Source: Podarcis melisellensis (Eukaryota). Taken from it: DNA of 64,000 bases. Position 1 is the first letter of the stretch. The number at the start of each line of letters is the position of its first letter. The translations under genes were made by a program, and so were the position numbers. The notes under the pieces are model-generated. The model was not told the origin of the DNA. It made no database searches and saw only the letters and a list, made by a program, of their open reading frames with translations. The stretch is taken from assembly GCA_964234715.1 (NCBI GenBank), contig OZ174276.1. One strand, given 5' to 3'. Below, in pieces: positions 1-12,300 of the stretch.

Positions 1-181
1 TTCCCGCTGGAGCGGTACCTATTTATCTACTTGCACTTTGACGTGCTTTTGAACTGCTAGGTGGGCAGGAGCAGGGACCAAGCAACGGGAGCTCACCCTG
101 TTGCGGGGATTCGAACCCCCGACCTTCCAACTGGCAAGCCCAGAGGCTCAGTGGTTTACACCACAGCCCCACCCGCATCCC
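1..181 (-). mobile_element. Sauria SINE, 5' half (cut by window edge)
   Basis: Matches copies at 13267-14002; B-box ggattcgaacc. Confidence 0.85.
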
Positions 182-455
182 CGCTCACCCATATACTTGC
201 AATTAACTCAGAGCAACATATGCAGAAATAATATTCATACAGCTGCAGATAGTGAAGTTAGCAAGTCCTCTTTATTTAAAAGCTGCTAAACAACTCCGCT
301 TTCCTTCGCAAATTCTACCCTGCCCTCCCTTATGGGTCCACATGCCAAGCTTTGGCTTTCTTTTTCCTTAGAATTAACATTTAAAGCACAAGCTACTATG
401 CCACGGTTAGCCATGGAGAGTCCTGGGAACTATGCTAGCAACTATACCTGTCACG

Positions 456-579
456 CAGGCATGGTCAAACCTGACCCTCCAGCTGTTTTGGGACTACAAT
501 TCCCATCATCCCTGACCACTGGTCCTGTTAGCTAGGGATAATGAGAGTTGTAGTTCCAAAACAGTTGGAGGGCCAAGTT
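456..579. mobile_element. hAT-type palindromic MITE, right TIR truncated
   Basis: Near-identical to the intact copy at 26144-26279. Confidence 0.75.
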
Positions 580-759
580 AGCAGCACTCTTTAATAAACT
601 ACAGTTCCCAGGATTCTCCATGTATGTAAAAAAAGGAAAAAAAGAAAAGGCATAATCACGCTTTTCAAATGTATGGTGTGAATGCGACCCTCAGGTTTTT
701 ACGTTGCTATTTAAACTTCTCCTTTCTCCCCGCTGTTAATCACTTCCTGCTCCAGCTCC

Positions 760-1500
760 TTGCGTGGACCTCTCGCTCGAGCTTCCTCAGAGCCCAAAAT
801 CCAGGCAGCCTGTTCAGTTCACCTTCCCGCTGGCCTCTCCCATTGCCATAAGAATGGCGGGAACTCACGGGAACTCAGTCCCGGCACCTCAGGTGGGTGC
901 CATTGCCCTTCTAACGAGGGAGGTGTTTGTGGTGAGTCCCGGCAACTCTTTATGGGGGGGGGGGGAGCACTGAAAAGCTATACAATTATTTCTTTTAACT
1001 GATAACGGCTGAGGAATGTGTGCTCTTCTGGGGCTTGAAATTTGGATGTGATGGTTCTTTCACTCCACTTTACTCAGCACTCAAAAAAAGCCTAGTCAGG
1101 TTTTGAGTTGAAAAGATGTGGGCGCGCCTGTAGTTCTCCTCAGAAGCACTGGGAGAGAGAGAGAAACTATTTTTACCCCATTCCCCGCCCGCAGGAGGGA
1201 TATTTTATGGATGTCTAATATCTTGACCCAGGTCACGTCCCCGCAATTCAGAGGCTCCCTTGTCCTGCCTCGTGCTGCCGTGAGTAGCACTGGCGTTGAG
1301 CGCGCGGGCGCGCGGATTTCCAGTTTAAAATGGTTCCTTTTGTGAGGCTTGTCGGTCAGCGGCCTCTTGCGGCGTCGCGTCAGATCTGTGGTGAAGAGAA
1401 ACGCTCTCTCTGAGGAGGCGCCGACACAGGAGTCGAAACTTCTCTCTGCCCAGCCTTCGTTTGGTGGTGGGGATTCGAAGTGCGCCAGTTAGACCCCGCC
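760..1500 (+). promoter_or_regulatory. CpG island, probable C5orf58 promoter / first exon region
   Basis: Dense CpG (e.g. gcgcgcgggcgcgcgg, gcggcgtcgcgt) in a CpG-poor window, about 1.3 kb upstream of the C5orf58 coding exon. Confidence 0.6.
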
Positions 1501-2780
1501 ATTTAGAGTATTTCCCAATAATAAATTATCTGATAATTATAAACCGTGTTCGCTTATCCCTCCAGCACTCTCATTTCTGGTTTCCCTCAGCCACTCAGGA
1601 ATTTTAATCCGCTCAACTCTTTGTTTCCATTACGTTCATTTACCTCAACATTCATCCCCTTTATTGAATTTCTGTCTTATATCTATATCTATATGCACAC
1701 ACTAAAAAAAACCCCGACCCAGCCATTTCTTTAAAATAACAAAAAACAAAAAACAACCCCTGGGGCTCAACTAGCAATTTTACCTTTGGACAAAATGTTC
1801 TAAATTCTGTGAGCTTTCCTGGAAGTAATATTTTATACAAGTCTGGAAAGAAAAGTCACTATATTTATAATCCACAAAAAATGTTTTACATTTCCCCGAT
1901 GATTTAAGGGGGAAATGACTTTACATTTGATTCCATAGAGCATACCTGATTAGTCCTAAAGTGTTCAGTGAGAAATGTAATAAAATGTCAACAATGAACC
2001 TATGATTAACTTCCAAAGATGACAATATTATTACTGCAATATGATGGCACCCTCTTGTGGTTAAGGATTTTTATAAAAATGGCTGTAGCTAGTTTGAACA
2101 CAAACTTCTCAGTGTTTGTTTCCCTTTACAAACAGTAAGGAAGAATTTTTGTCTTCGGCAGGTGAACTTCTTTTTATTTTCATAGCATATGCTTTCTAGG
2201 GAAACCATACAATGCCTTTTAGATAAGTAGCTACAGTCACAGACTTGGAGATGTCATAAAACCTCTAATTTCTCCTTGGGATTATTCACATTCCCTAGTT
2301 CAGAAGGATTTCATCCACACACAATGAAAATCTGATTCTTCTTTAGTCAGAGGAGCTTTTTAAAATGATGCCTCCACCAGTAAGTACCTAACATACTTGT
2401 GGCTTGCCAGATGCAAAATTCCTTATTCCAGTGAGGTCTAAATCTCTAGCTGGTGCCAACTATACTTGTTCATTACAAAATAGTTACAGCTGTATGCTTG
2501 TATTGTGTGAACATATACTTAGACTAAAATTATCTTGCCACTGGCTTTTTTTTTTTAGTCGTGTCAGAAGAGTCTGCTCTCTGTTTGGGGAAGGAGCTGG
2601 TTTTCTCATCACAGCTATTTTCCAATTTAGATTATACAGTTTTTAAGCCCTTTGAACAAGTGATCCTTGTAAGGATGTTTTAACACATGAAAATAAAATG
2701 TAAGCATATAAAGCCATTTCTTATATAATTAACCCTAAGAAAGTTACTGATTCTCATCCTGATTTCTTGGTCTTTTTTAG

Positions 2781-4359
2781 ATGTCAAAGAATGATGATGA
2801 TCAGCAGTTTACTATTGACAATGCAATTAAAAATATGGATAAAATGTCATCTGAACTGAATAAACTTATGGGTAATTATTAATGCTACTATTGTCAGAAT
2901 GAAGATAATGATTTATTTTCCTATTATGTGATGATTACTGCCTGAAGAGTTCTAGGAAATGATGTATTGTATATGAATCAATATATACAAACCTAACTGC
3001 ATAATAAAATAAAGTATTATTCCACTTCCTCTTAATGCATGATGGTTATAACCTGTGCATCTCCTGTTGAAGTCACAATTATTCAGGAACACATTATTTC
3101 TGTTAATGTTAAATGTTATTGCTATGTGTCTGCAAATTTTATTTACTACTTTCAAAAGGGGGGAAAGCTACAGGTTTCCCCTGCTCCTATTTAGTGAATG
3201 CAGGAGGGGATGAGTATGGGCTGTGGACCAAATTTGGCATTCTAGGCCTCCCCATTTGGCCCACCAGGCTGTTTTCACCAAGCCATGAACAACTGCCCTA
3301 TACATGACACCAGATATCAGGTAATGGCAAGACTTGGTTGAAAGGGGGTTTGTGGGCCCTACCAATTGGCAATGCCTGCAAAGTCTGCACAGTGCTTCCC
3401 AAGGGATCAAAAACCAGCTAATTGTTGGACACTGGAAGTACTGAGCAAAGATTGCAAGCCCTGTGCTCAGCAGTTCCCAAGCATGGGGCTTGCAAAGCCC
3501 TCTTGGAATATTTTCCAAGTGCCTGAAAACCAGCTAACTGTTGGGAAGCTCTGTGCAAAGCCCAAACCTTGACAGTTGTCAATCACCAGGCATCATTATG
3601 ACAACAGATGATTGACTAGTAGATGGTCCCAAACTCCAGTGAAACCCTGCTGAGATGGAGAGAGAAAAAGATGTGGCCAATGGGCCAAAAATGTTCCCTA
3701 CTTTTGCTGTAATGGCTGTCCTTGTGGGACAACTGTTGCAGCTATCCTTCTGACAATTGATAGGTTTCATGCCCTCGGAAGCGTTACATTTGCCTGCAAA
3801 TGTCTTCCAATTCTCCCCCAAATGAAAACGTCGTAGCCATTTTTTAATTTCCCAATAGTGAATACAATGGTACCTCGGATTAAGTACTTAATTTGTTCCG
3901 GAGGTCTGTTCTTAACCTGAAACTGTTCTTAACCTGAAGCACCACTTTAGCTAATGGGGCCTCCTGCTGCCACCGTGCCACCAGAGCACAATTTTTGTTC
4001 TCATCTTGAAGCAAAGTTCTTAACCCGAGGTACTATTTCTGGGTTAGCGGAGTCTGTAACCTGAAGTGTATGTAACCTGAAGCGTGTGTAACCCGAGGTA
4101 CCACTGTAGAGGGTTTGGAGGGGAGGAAGGAAGTAGATTTACCAATAGTGAAAGGGGCGTGTGTGTTGAAATTAGGTGCTCCCTTTCACATGGTTATAAA
4201 TTTAACAGACTAAATGAATAAATACAGAAATATTGTTGTTCTACAGTAAAAACCCAACTGCTGCTTTGTGATCTTATTCTGAACTTCAGCCATCCAGCTC
4301 TAACAGATGTTTCAACAGAAGCTGATGAAAAGAAACGTGAGGAGTCCACAAATCTGTGA
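2781..4359 (+). CDS. C5orf58: C5orf58 orthologue, coding exons 2781-2871 and 4247-4359, 67 aa
   Basis: Spliced MSKNDDDQQFTIDNAIKNMDKMSSELNKLM/VKTQLLLCDLILNFSHPALTDVSTEADEKKREESTNL* resembles human C5orf58 (IKNINTISSELKKIKELSQLLLCDLILHFNHP). GT-AG phase-1 intron; convergent with LCP2 as in human. Confidence 0.85.
3865..4106 (+). mobile_element. Tc1/mariner (Tigger/pogo-like) MITE, ~242 bp, in the C5orf58 intron
   Basis: TA TSD; TIR ca(a/g)tggtacctcg...cgaggtaccactg; five family copies in the window. Confidence 0.85.
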
Positions 4360-5697
4360 GTTCCATTTATTGTCCCTCTTCATTAACACTTTGTCAGTAG
4401 TTGGTGCTACATTTAAAAGGGCAAGCTGAAAGATAAATTTTATCTTTCCTAACTTTTTATGCCCCTGGACAATATTGTTCCTTTGAGACACTTTACAAAG
4501 TATGTCAAGTGTTGAGTTTTTGAATTGCATGCTATATTTGATTACTAATTAAATTACTGTTTTTGTGTAGTTGGCGTTGGTGTGTTAAGTTAGCTGGTGC
4601 TATTCTTTTATTTACTGCACATAGTAGGTGTGTAGAGCAAGCTAAGGAATAAATGGATACAAAAATATATCACCCAAATCCTCAATTTTCAAAAAAAAAA
4701 AAAAGGAGCAGCGAGCTTTTACTAGAATAGCTTCTTCTCATCCCTTGCATCTCCACTGTGCTCTACTTTTACTGGACACAAAACTGTGCACATTTAATGT
4801 TCTTAAATAACAGAAAGAAAATATGTGTATAGTATCTTACCTTATCAGAACATAAGGATGGATTTCTTAATAAAGTGCTGCAGAATTAAGGCCAATAATC
4901 CAATCCAATTTAACGATTCAGTAAGATTTACAAAGTACTGTGATTGGTTTTGATTTTGATTTTTGAACTCAAACTGACTTTTAGACTGGGCTTCACCCTG
5001 CCATGTGATGGTAACATAATTGCAAATTTGTCCTTGATAAGTCAGATGGACAGTGGCTTAAAGTTAGTGCTAAGCCATTTTTTATGTTTGTGAAGTCTAG
5101 GCAGGAATTTGAAATAATAGGAATTATTGGTACTGGATAGAATCTATGAGTATATGATTTCCTATATACGGTACATAAAAATGTACAGCTGTCATGCTGC
5201 AGTTTATGTAGCTGCCAACAGGTGGCCATGCCCGTTCCAGATGAGCAAGCGGGAACTGCAAACCACTGTGTGCAATGTCTGCCCCCTCCATTAAATGTGG
5301 CTGCAACGAGATTTACAGAGGGGGAGGCACTTCAGAAGCCACTCTTTGAAGCACCTTCTCTTCCTTTAAAAAGTGGTGGGACTTGGGGTGAGCTGTGCTG
5401 TTAGGCAAGGTAAGGTATAAAGGGAGGAGGGGTTGGCCAGGTGCGGCTGAATAGTTGGCAAAGAGGTTGGTGTGTAGGTGGAGTTGATGAGTGGAAAGAA
5501 CGGGGGCAGCAGCTCCTAGTAATTATATGAGGACTAAAGCAATACTTAAAGGGTTGTCATTTGTATTATGGGAGTCCATCTTGTACAGTGGCTAACTTGA
5601 AAAGATACATAAAGAGAATGGAAGTTTATTTGTGTGAGAGAAATGGGTAGTAATAAAGGTTAGCAGTGGAAAAAGGAATATAAAAACAGATAGATAC

Positions 5698-5703
5698 TTT
5701 ATT
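5698..5703 (-). terminator. Candidate LCP2 poly(A) signal AATAAA
   Basis: tttatt on the plus strand about 490 nt past the stop; a second one at 5625-5630. Confidence 0.4.
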
Positions 5704-6195
5704 GATTCTAGCTGCATCTGAAAATGCAGCATCTTAAACTAATTGCTGTTATCATATGTGAAATATAGTACACAGATATAGTTCCCACAAACATTAAACA
5801 TTAGCATGGATACTGTGTTTGAGAGCATCAAACAACTTGAATACACCAAGCTATTCTCAGGTGAATATGTCTATTGTATTTTATACAACACTACTCCACA
5901 AAAAGCATTCACAAGTAAAGAAATATGTACACAAATTGTAAGACCACACAGTTATTTTCAGTCTGTGTATTGTTGCATTTCAGACAGTGGCTATCACACA
6001 CATGATACTCTCATGAAGCGTATGCTTAGTGAGAAGTAATACACTGATGTTTTCAGTTTGAGAACTTAAGGCAAGAAATGAACTTGCATTTTAACATGAA
6101 AATAAGAGAAGTTCACCAAATATAAATCAGTTACTCTTCTGGCTTTCTCTTTCAAAGATAAATAGGTGATCCTCCAGGAAATTTTCTGTTATCTT

Positions 6196-6318
6196 TTAAA
6201 GAGATCCAGCCGTGTATGTCAGCAAGCACTGCTTTCTTGAACACCGATCCTTTCCGTCTATCAGTCGAAGAGGCATTCTTCTGAAGTAATCAATTATATC
6301 AGCCACTGAAGCAAAATC
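6196..6318 (-). CDS. LCP2: LCP2 exon 21 coding part (123 nt including TAA)
   Basis: DFASVADIIDYFRRMPLRLIDGKDRCSRKQCLLTYTAGSL*. Confidence 0.96.
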   Translation of the reverse strand, partial: DFASVADIIDYFRRMPLRLIDGKDRCSRKQCLLTYTAGSL

Positions 6319-9300
6319 CTGTGTGGTTTACAGAATGTCAATCAGTCAATGATTCTGACTATAGAGAAAGTTAAAGCAACGTAATTTTGGCTCTTTGTTT
6401 TATACAAATTGTTCTTTAGGGACAGTAAATAAACTATCTTTGGTTCTAGTTTTTGCTATTAGCCTAGATTTGATTCTGCTCAGTTACTGCACTCTCATTT
6501 GAGAAACCTTGAAGGAGAAGTAGTAAGAAGAGTTGTCATTATGTAGAAAGTATTATATTTAATAAGTAATAAATATTTAAATAAATAAATAAATAAACAA
6601 ACAAACAAACATACCTCATTCCCTTTTGAGCTAGTTCCTAATATATACACTTTATCTTCCAGTTGGAAACGTATTGGAATATTGTATACTTTAGCACTGT
6701 AAAGCACCATCAAGACATAGGGTTGATCAGCGGCCTTCGTTGAGCTGTCTCTTACTAAGAAAGTGCCATCCTAGAAAAGTAACACATTAAAATATTTTTA
6801 AGACAAATGTAATCACAACTGTGAACAGAATTGATTGCATTTCGAAGCAAATGTGTTCAGGATTAGTCTTGGAGTGTGTGTTCAATTTCAATATTTTTCT
6901 CAAATTACTATATTGATGTTATAATTTAACTCTTCACCTGGTTTATGGTCCTAAGAGCAGCTTCTGCATCTGTCCGGGTTATATCAGCCGCATACCATTC
7001 CTGATTTAGCGGGAGCTGGTTATACTTGAGCCACATGAAAAGAGAGACAAAGAGCTGTTTATTAGTGAGAATATGGTATTAACAGTGTAGGGCAAAGGAG
7101 TACAGAGCTTTGAAAGGCAGGTATGGTATTTATTAACTGAATATGTTACTTGTAAGGTACCCAATCATTCTTTTCTCCTCTTTATGTTTATAACTGAAGC
7201 CATTGTTTCTTTTGGGGGGGGGGTTGCTTATGGAAGTTTGATGTGAAATTGCTGCAGCTCTTGCCCACCAGTCCAGCCCCTGTGTTAATATGACATCAAT
7301 AGCAATAGCAAAATGCCAGCCCATTTTTAATTATTATTTTCTGACATTTAGTTTAGCTTTCTCCTTATCATGAAAAACAGATAAGTAAAAATAACCTGTT
7401 GTATATCTGTAGTATATATGAGTGGAAACTCCTACGTGTGTTGTTGTTAATGGGCATTTTGTCATGAATGTAGTGATGGATTTGGTGGGAAGTCTCTATA
7501 ACCACACTTATTATCCACACTTCCTCTTATTCTGCTGTTTTCTCCTGGGAAAAACTGCTTTTTAGCACTTAATTGTAGTAAATGGCAATTTTCTCTGGAT
7601 TGATACTTGCTCTGGATTGATACTTGCTCTAAAATGATAGTTTTTCATGGGAAAGGAGCAGGCCAAGTGGGAAACTACTCAGACCCATGATTTTTAGGCA
7701 CAGGACAAGCAGAAGTGTGGATGAGTCCTTATGCTTGCATTTGTTCCTCACCGGAGCACAACCTAGCCATTTTATTTCTAATGGCTCCAAATACCAAAAG
7801 AAACACATCTATGTGCACTGATTGCTGCATGTTGATTGCAACAGCGCACTCAGTTTAGAGAATCTATTTTCACAAGATGTTTATACAGTATAAGACTTTA
7901 ATTTCAGTACCTACAAGGGATAAATAAATAAATCCTTGCAGAATTGTTCTACAAGCTGTCGCTCCTTGCTACATATGGACTGTTTTTCTTCAGCTTGTCT
8001 TACCCAGCTTTCCTATGCTTTGCTCATATGTATTCTGTTATTGGTCCTTATTGGCATAAGTTTAAAAAATAAAATCATAAAATCATACAAAGCCATCCAA
8101 ATACATTAGTAATCCAAACACATACAATATATAAAATACTAGATAGTCACCGTTGAGCAAATCAGGCAACTTTTGATTTAGCTTTAAAAATCTCAGCTAA
8201 ATACCCTGAAACAATCTTGGTAGTTTTGGGAGTATCATCCCTCAACAAATATTGGATTATAGACTCTTTGTAAATCTATATTTTAAGCTATAAGGGAGTT
8301 ACCACACCTATCAGCCAATCACCCATTCCTACCACCCTTCTGAGTAATACCCCTCCCCACCCTCTCACTATATATATAAGGGTTTGGTGACTTCTGTTTC
8401 AGTGATCTGAAGAATTGTGCATGCACATGAAACTCATACCAATAACAAACTTAGTTGGTCTCTAAGGTGCTACTGGAAGGAATTTTTTTATTTTGTTTCA
8501 ATTACGGAAGACCAACACAGCTACCTACCTGTCTCAATAAAGAAGTTAGGAAACTTTCTGGGTATGTATTAATGTAAATTTTTAACCAGAATTTGAAAGT
8601 CATAATCCAGCCCCTAGATTCTAAGAGATGCCGGCCTAACTGCACACATAGCTAAATACAGTGGTACCTCTGGTTATGAACGCTCCTGGTTATGCACACT
8701 GCGGGCTACGAGCTCCACTAACCCAGAAGTAGGCGCTTGTGGTTGCGAACTTTGCCCCAGGATGCGGGCGGAAATTGCACGCAGGAGGCGCCATTAGCGA
8801 AAGCGCGCTTCAGGTTAAGAACGGTTTCCGGTTATGAATGGACCTCTGGTACGGATTCAGTTCATAACCAGAGGTACCACTGTAGGAGACGCATTTTGGA
8901 GCTCCTAGAATTTATTGGAAGGATGCTTGTACATCCTCGACTTTGTTGTTAAAGTCAGTTATCCATAAGGGAATCCCATAAAAGAGTTGAAAAACACTTT
9001 TGCACTATAGACCCTAACTGCTGTAGGCACATTCTGGTTACCATCAAAAAAATTAGAATCCTTTAATTCATGCTGCAGTGCATTTAGCTAAGTTGGTTGT
9101 CCTGTTACAATGGGTCACCCATTTTAGATTGTAATAAAAGGTGATCCCTAAGTATTTAAAGCTTTTTACCTGTTCGATTTAACTTGTTCCATTTCTTGAT
9201 CACCAATACGCTATTTATATGGGAGCCATTTGAAAATACTAAGATCTTGGATTTTGAATAATTAGTCGCTAGGTGATTTCCTTGGCAGTAATAAAAGAAT

Positions 9301-12300
9301 GCTTTTAGATACCTTTGGAGCGCAATTCTGGTGCAGGAAAGGAGAGTGTCATCCGCATATAAAAGTATGGGAACTGCCTTAGGTCCTAATCTAGGAGGGT
9401 GGCCATTCACAATGAGTAGATGTTGTTTCATATCATTCAAAAATAGATTAAATAGATGTGGGGCAAGAATACAGCCTCATATGTATGCCTTGGAAGGAAC
9501 TGGGTCTGGCATTCTATCACATAAATTGTTCGCTTGGAATTCACAATATATTAAACATTTTTGATGCTATTATTGTACCTTGTGGTACTGATCCATCGCT
9601 TCATTTTCAGCATTGAGAGAATGTGTGAATGGTCTGTTAGGAATTGGTAATGGTGGTCTTCCATCAGCAGGGCCTTTTGAAGCAGTTCTGCCAATATTAC
9701 CTTCAGAAAAAATGAACATATTTAAAAATTAAATCCAGATGACTTAATGGACATTGGAACATGATTCTAACGAACCACACAAGCTTGACAGGGTCTTGAC
9801 AAAGTAAAAATAAAATTGACTTCTGATGAGAAGATGTTTCATTACAACTTAAATGCTTTAAGCAGTAAGTGGCAAACTGAAGGGAAAGAGTACACAAGTC
9901 TGATAGAAAAACAGGCCGCATAACTCACAAAATCTCACAGAAATGCAAAGGGTCAAACATGAGAAGCATTATGACAGACATTCCTAAATGCATTTATTTG
10001 ATTTATATCAAGGTTAAAGAACCTGGTTCCATCTATTTGCTGCTGGACTATAATGTCCATTATCCCTGGCCATTGTTCATGCTGGATGGGGATTATGGGA
10101 ATTTGAATCTAAAAATAACTGGTGCGCGAGATCCCCCATTTCTGATTTAGGTTATTTCATTACTATACTGCTCTAAAACCTTGTAATTCAAGAAACAAAA
10201 CAACTTGTGTTCAGACAACCCATTCCTCATAAATTTGCATTGTCGCAAAATATTTAATGGAAAAGCTGTTAGTTTGTACTGGCAGCAATCATATGTTTTG
10301 AAAATCTAAGCCTGAATATTTATGAGGTATTTATACAGTACATACTTGGCTGAAAATGTGGTGGTAGTGATCCACTTGATGAAAGAGTGCTGTAAAAATA
10401 AACAATGATTAGCATGTACAAATGAGATCTGATACTTTGTAAGTGACTAGTTTTATATCTTAGAAATGAGGCCAGAAAATACTTGCTGGTATAGCAGAAT
10501 TGGTTGCAGGTTGCAACTCTTCTCTTGTTTCAAATTGTTTGTGGGAATCCACAGGATGAATAAAGGAACTATCCGGGACAATGTGTGTGTATGTATATGT
10601 GTGTGTGTACGTACTCTTATCTATATTATGGGAACATAGTCATTCCAGAACTATGCCCACAGAAGCCAGTTTTAAACTGGTATAGCTGGGTGGGGAGGGA
10701 GTGGAAAATAGTTACAGTGGTACCTCGGGTTAAGTACTTAATTCGTTCCGGAGGTCCATACTTAACCTGAAACTGTTCTTAACCTGAAGCACCATTTTAG
10801 CTAATGAGACCTCCTGCTGCCGCCGCGCCGCCAGAGCACAATTTCTGTTCTCATCCTGAAGCAAAGTTCTTAACCTGAAGCAATATTTCTGGGTTAGCGG
10901 AGTCTGTAACATGAAGCGTATGTAACCTGAAGCGTACGTAACCCAAGGTACCAGTGTACTGGAGTTAGTCTCAATCATGTGAGCAGGATGAATTGCCCTT
11001 ACTGCATTTGATTCTCATAGAATTTAATTCTGTTATAGAATTAAGAATAGCAATGAACAAGTTCCACATAATGTATAATAGCACACAACTAATGGTCAGT
11101 TCAATTCAACAAACCTTTCTGCACCAGGTATCGTCTTGGGTGGTAAAAGGCTCTGTTTAGAATGCGGCTTAGGAGATCTGATTGGAAATGTGTTACATTG
11201 CAAAAATGGCTGGGGAACTGACCTGTGGTGAATATCTGCAAAACACACACACCAAAAACAAAAACACAGTTAACTGACTCAGATTAGGACAGTGAATAAG
11301 AGATTTGTGGAACTACTCAGTTTGTTTTGGAAAAGCGTAGGCATTTCTGACTCATATTCTGGAATTCATTGCAGATTCAAAATGCTGTAGTTCCAGCATA
11401 AAAACTATGAGTGTTGAGGTTCCAGCAGATCTTCAAGTTTCACTGACACAGTAGGCTTCACCTTGCATGAACAAAATAACACATTGCATTTACTATTACT
11501 ACTACTATTATTGTTACTTTTAGTTTTTAATAGCCCACCTTTTTCCCTGACAGGGACTCAAGGCAGCTTACAGATAAAAATAAGAACTGCTAAAAAATTA
11601 ATCATTCAAAACTATTAAATCCTGATAGAATTAATGCCACATTAAAGCGCTTGCACAAATTTAGTATAGTAAGTTTCTGCACAAGAAACCTCTGTCAGTG
11701 GCAGAGGAACCCTCTCCGGCACCCAAGGTGGCGCAGCCTGTATGGACTGTGCATGTGTGGCATCCTGCATGTGCATCTGTATGGAATGCCGCATATGTGC
11801 AGTCTATATGGGCTGCTGCTCGCAAGCGGCATCCCGTATGGACGGGATGTGCCGCCCATGTGCGGCGACCGTACGGGATGCTGCACATGCGCAGTCTGTA
11901 TGGGATGCCACTTGCGCACGGCGGCCATATGGTCTGCCACTTGTCCGTATAGGCTGCCGTGCGAGGGGATTCGAACCGCTGACCATACGATTGGCAAGTC
12001 CTAGGCATTGAGGTTTTACCCACAGTGCCACACGCGTCCCAAATTAAGGATTAGTTTGACATAATTTTTCTGGAGTACAGTTGCTGAAAGAAAATAATCT
12101 TGGCTACCATTACATTTTAGGATTCCACGCATGGAGATGGGTCCAGTAGTATTCCAATGTGGCAATCCTGAAAGCAGTTTGAGTTCCAGTGAAATAAAGT
12201 GGAATTTAGTATCACCTTTTTCTTCCGTCAGATTTCCTTAGAAATTTGCCAACTTTTGGGGAAGCCTTTTACTTAGCTCCTTAGTGGTCATCCATAACTG

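Larger units (their letters stand above)
8040..9520 (-). mobile_element. Degraded RTE-X-like LINE with two nested insertions
   Basis: Minus-strand PILLYADDTLLSCTRIALQRYLKAFFYYCQGNHLATNYSKSKILVFS is homologous to the RT at 20601-22529; boundaries approximate. Confidence 0.7.

Noticed and set aside
11651-12031. Six overlapping ORFs and a CRISPR-like look of the repeat array
   Set aside because: Units are degenerate with repetitive spacers, there are no cas genes and the context is a vertebrate intron; the open frames reflect GC-rich repeats.
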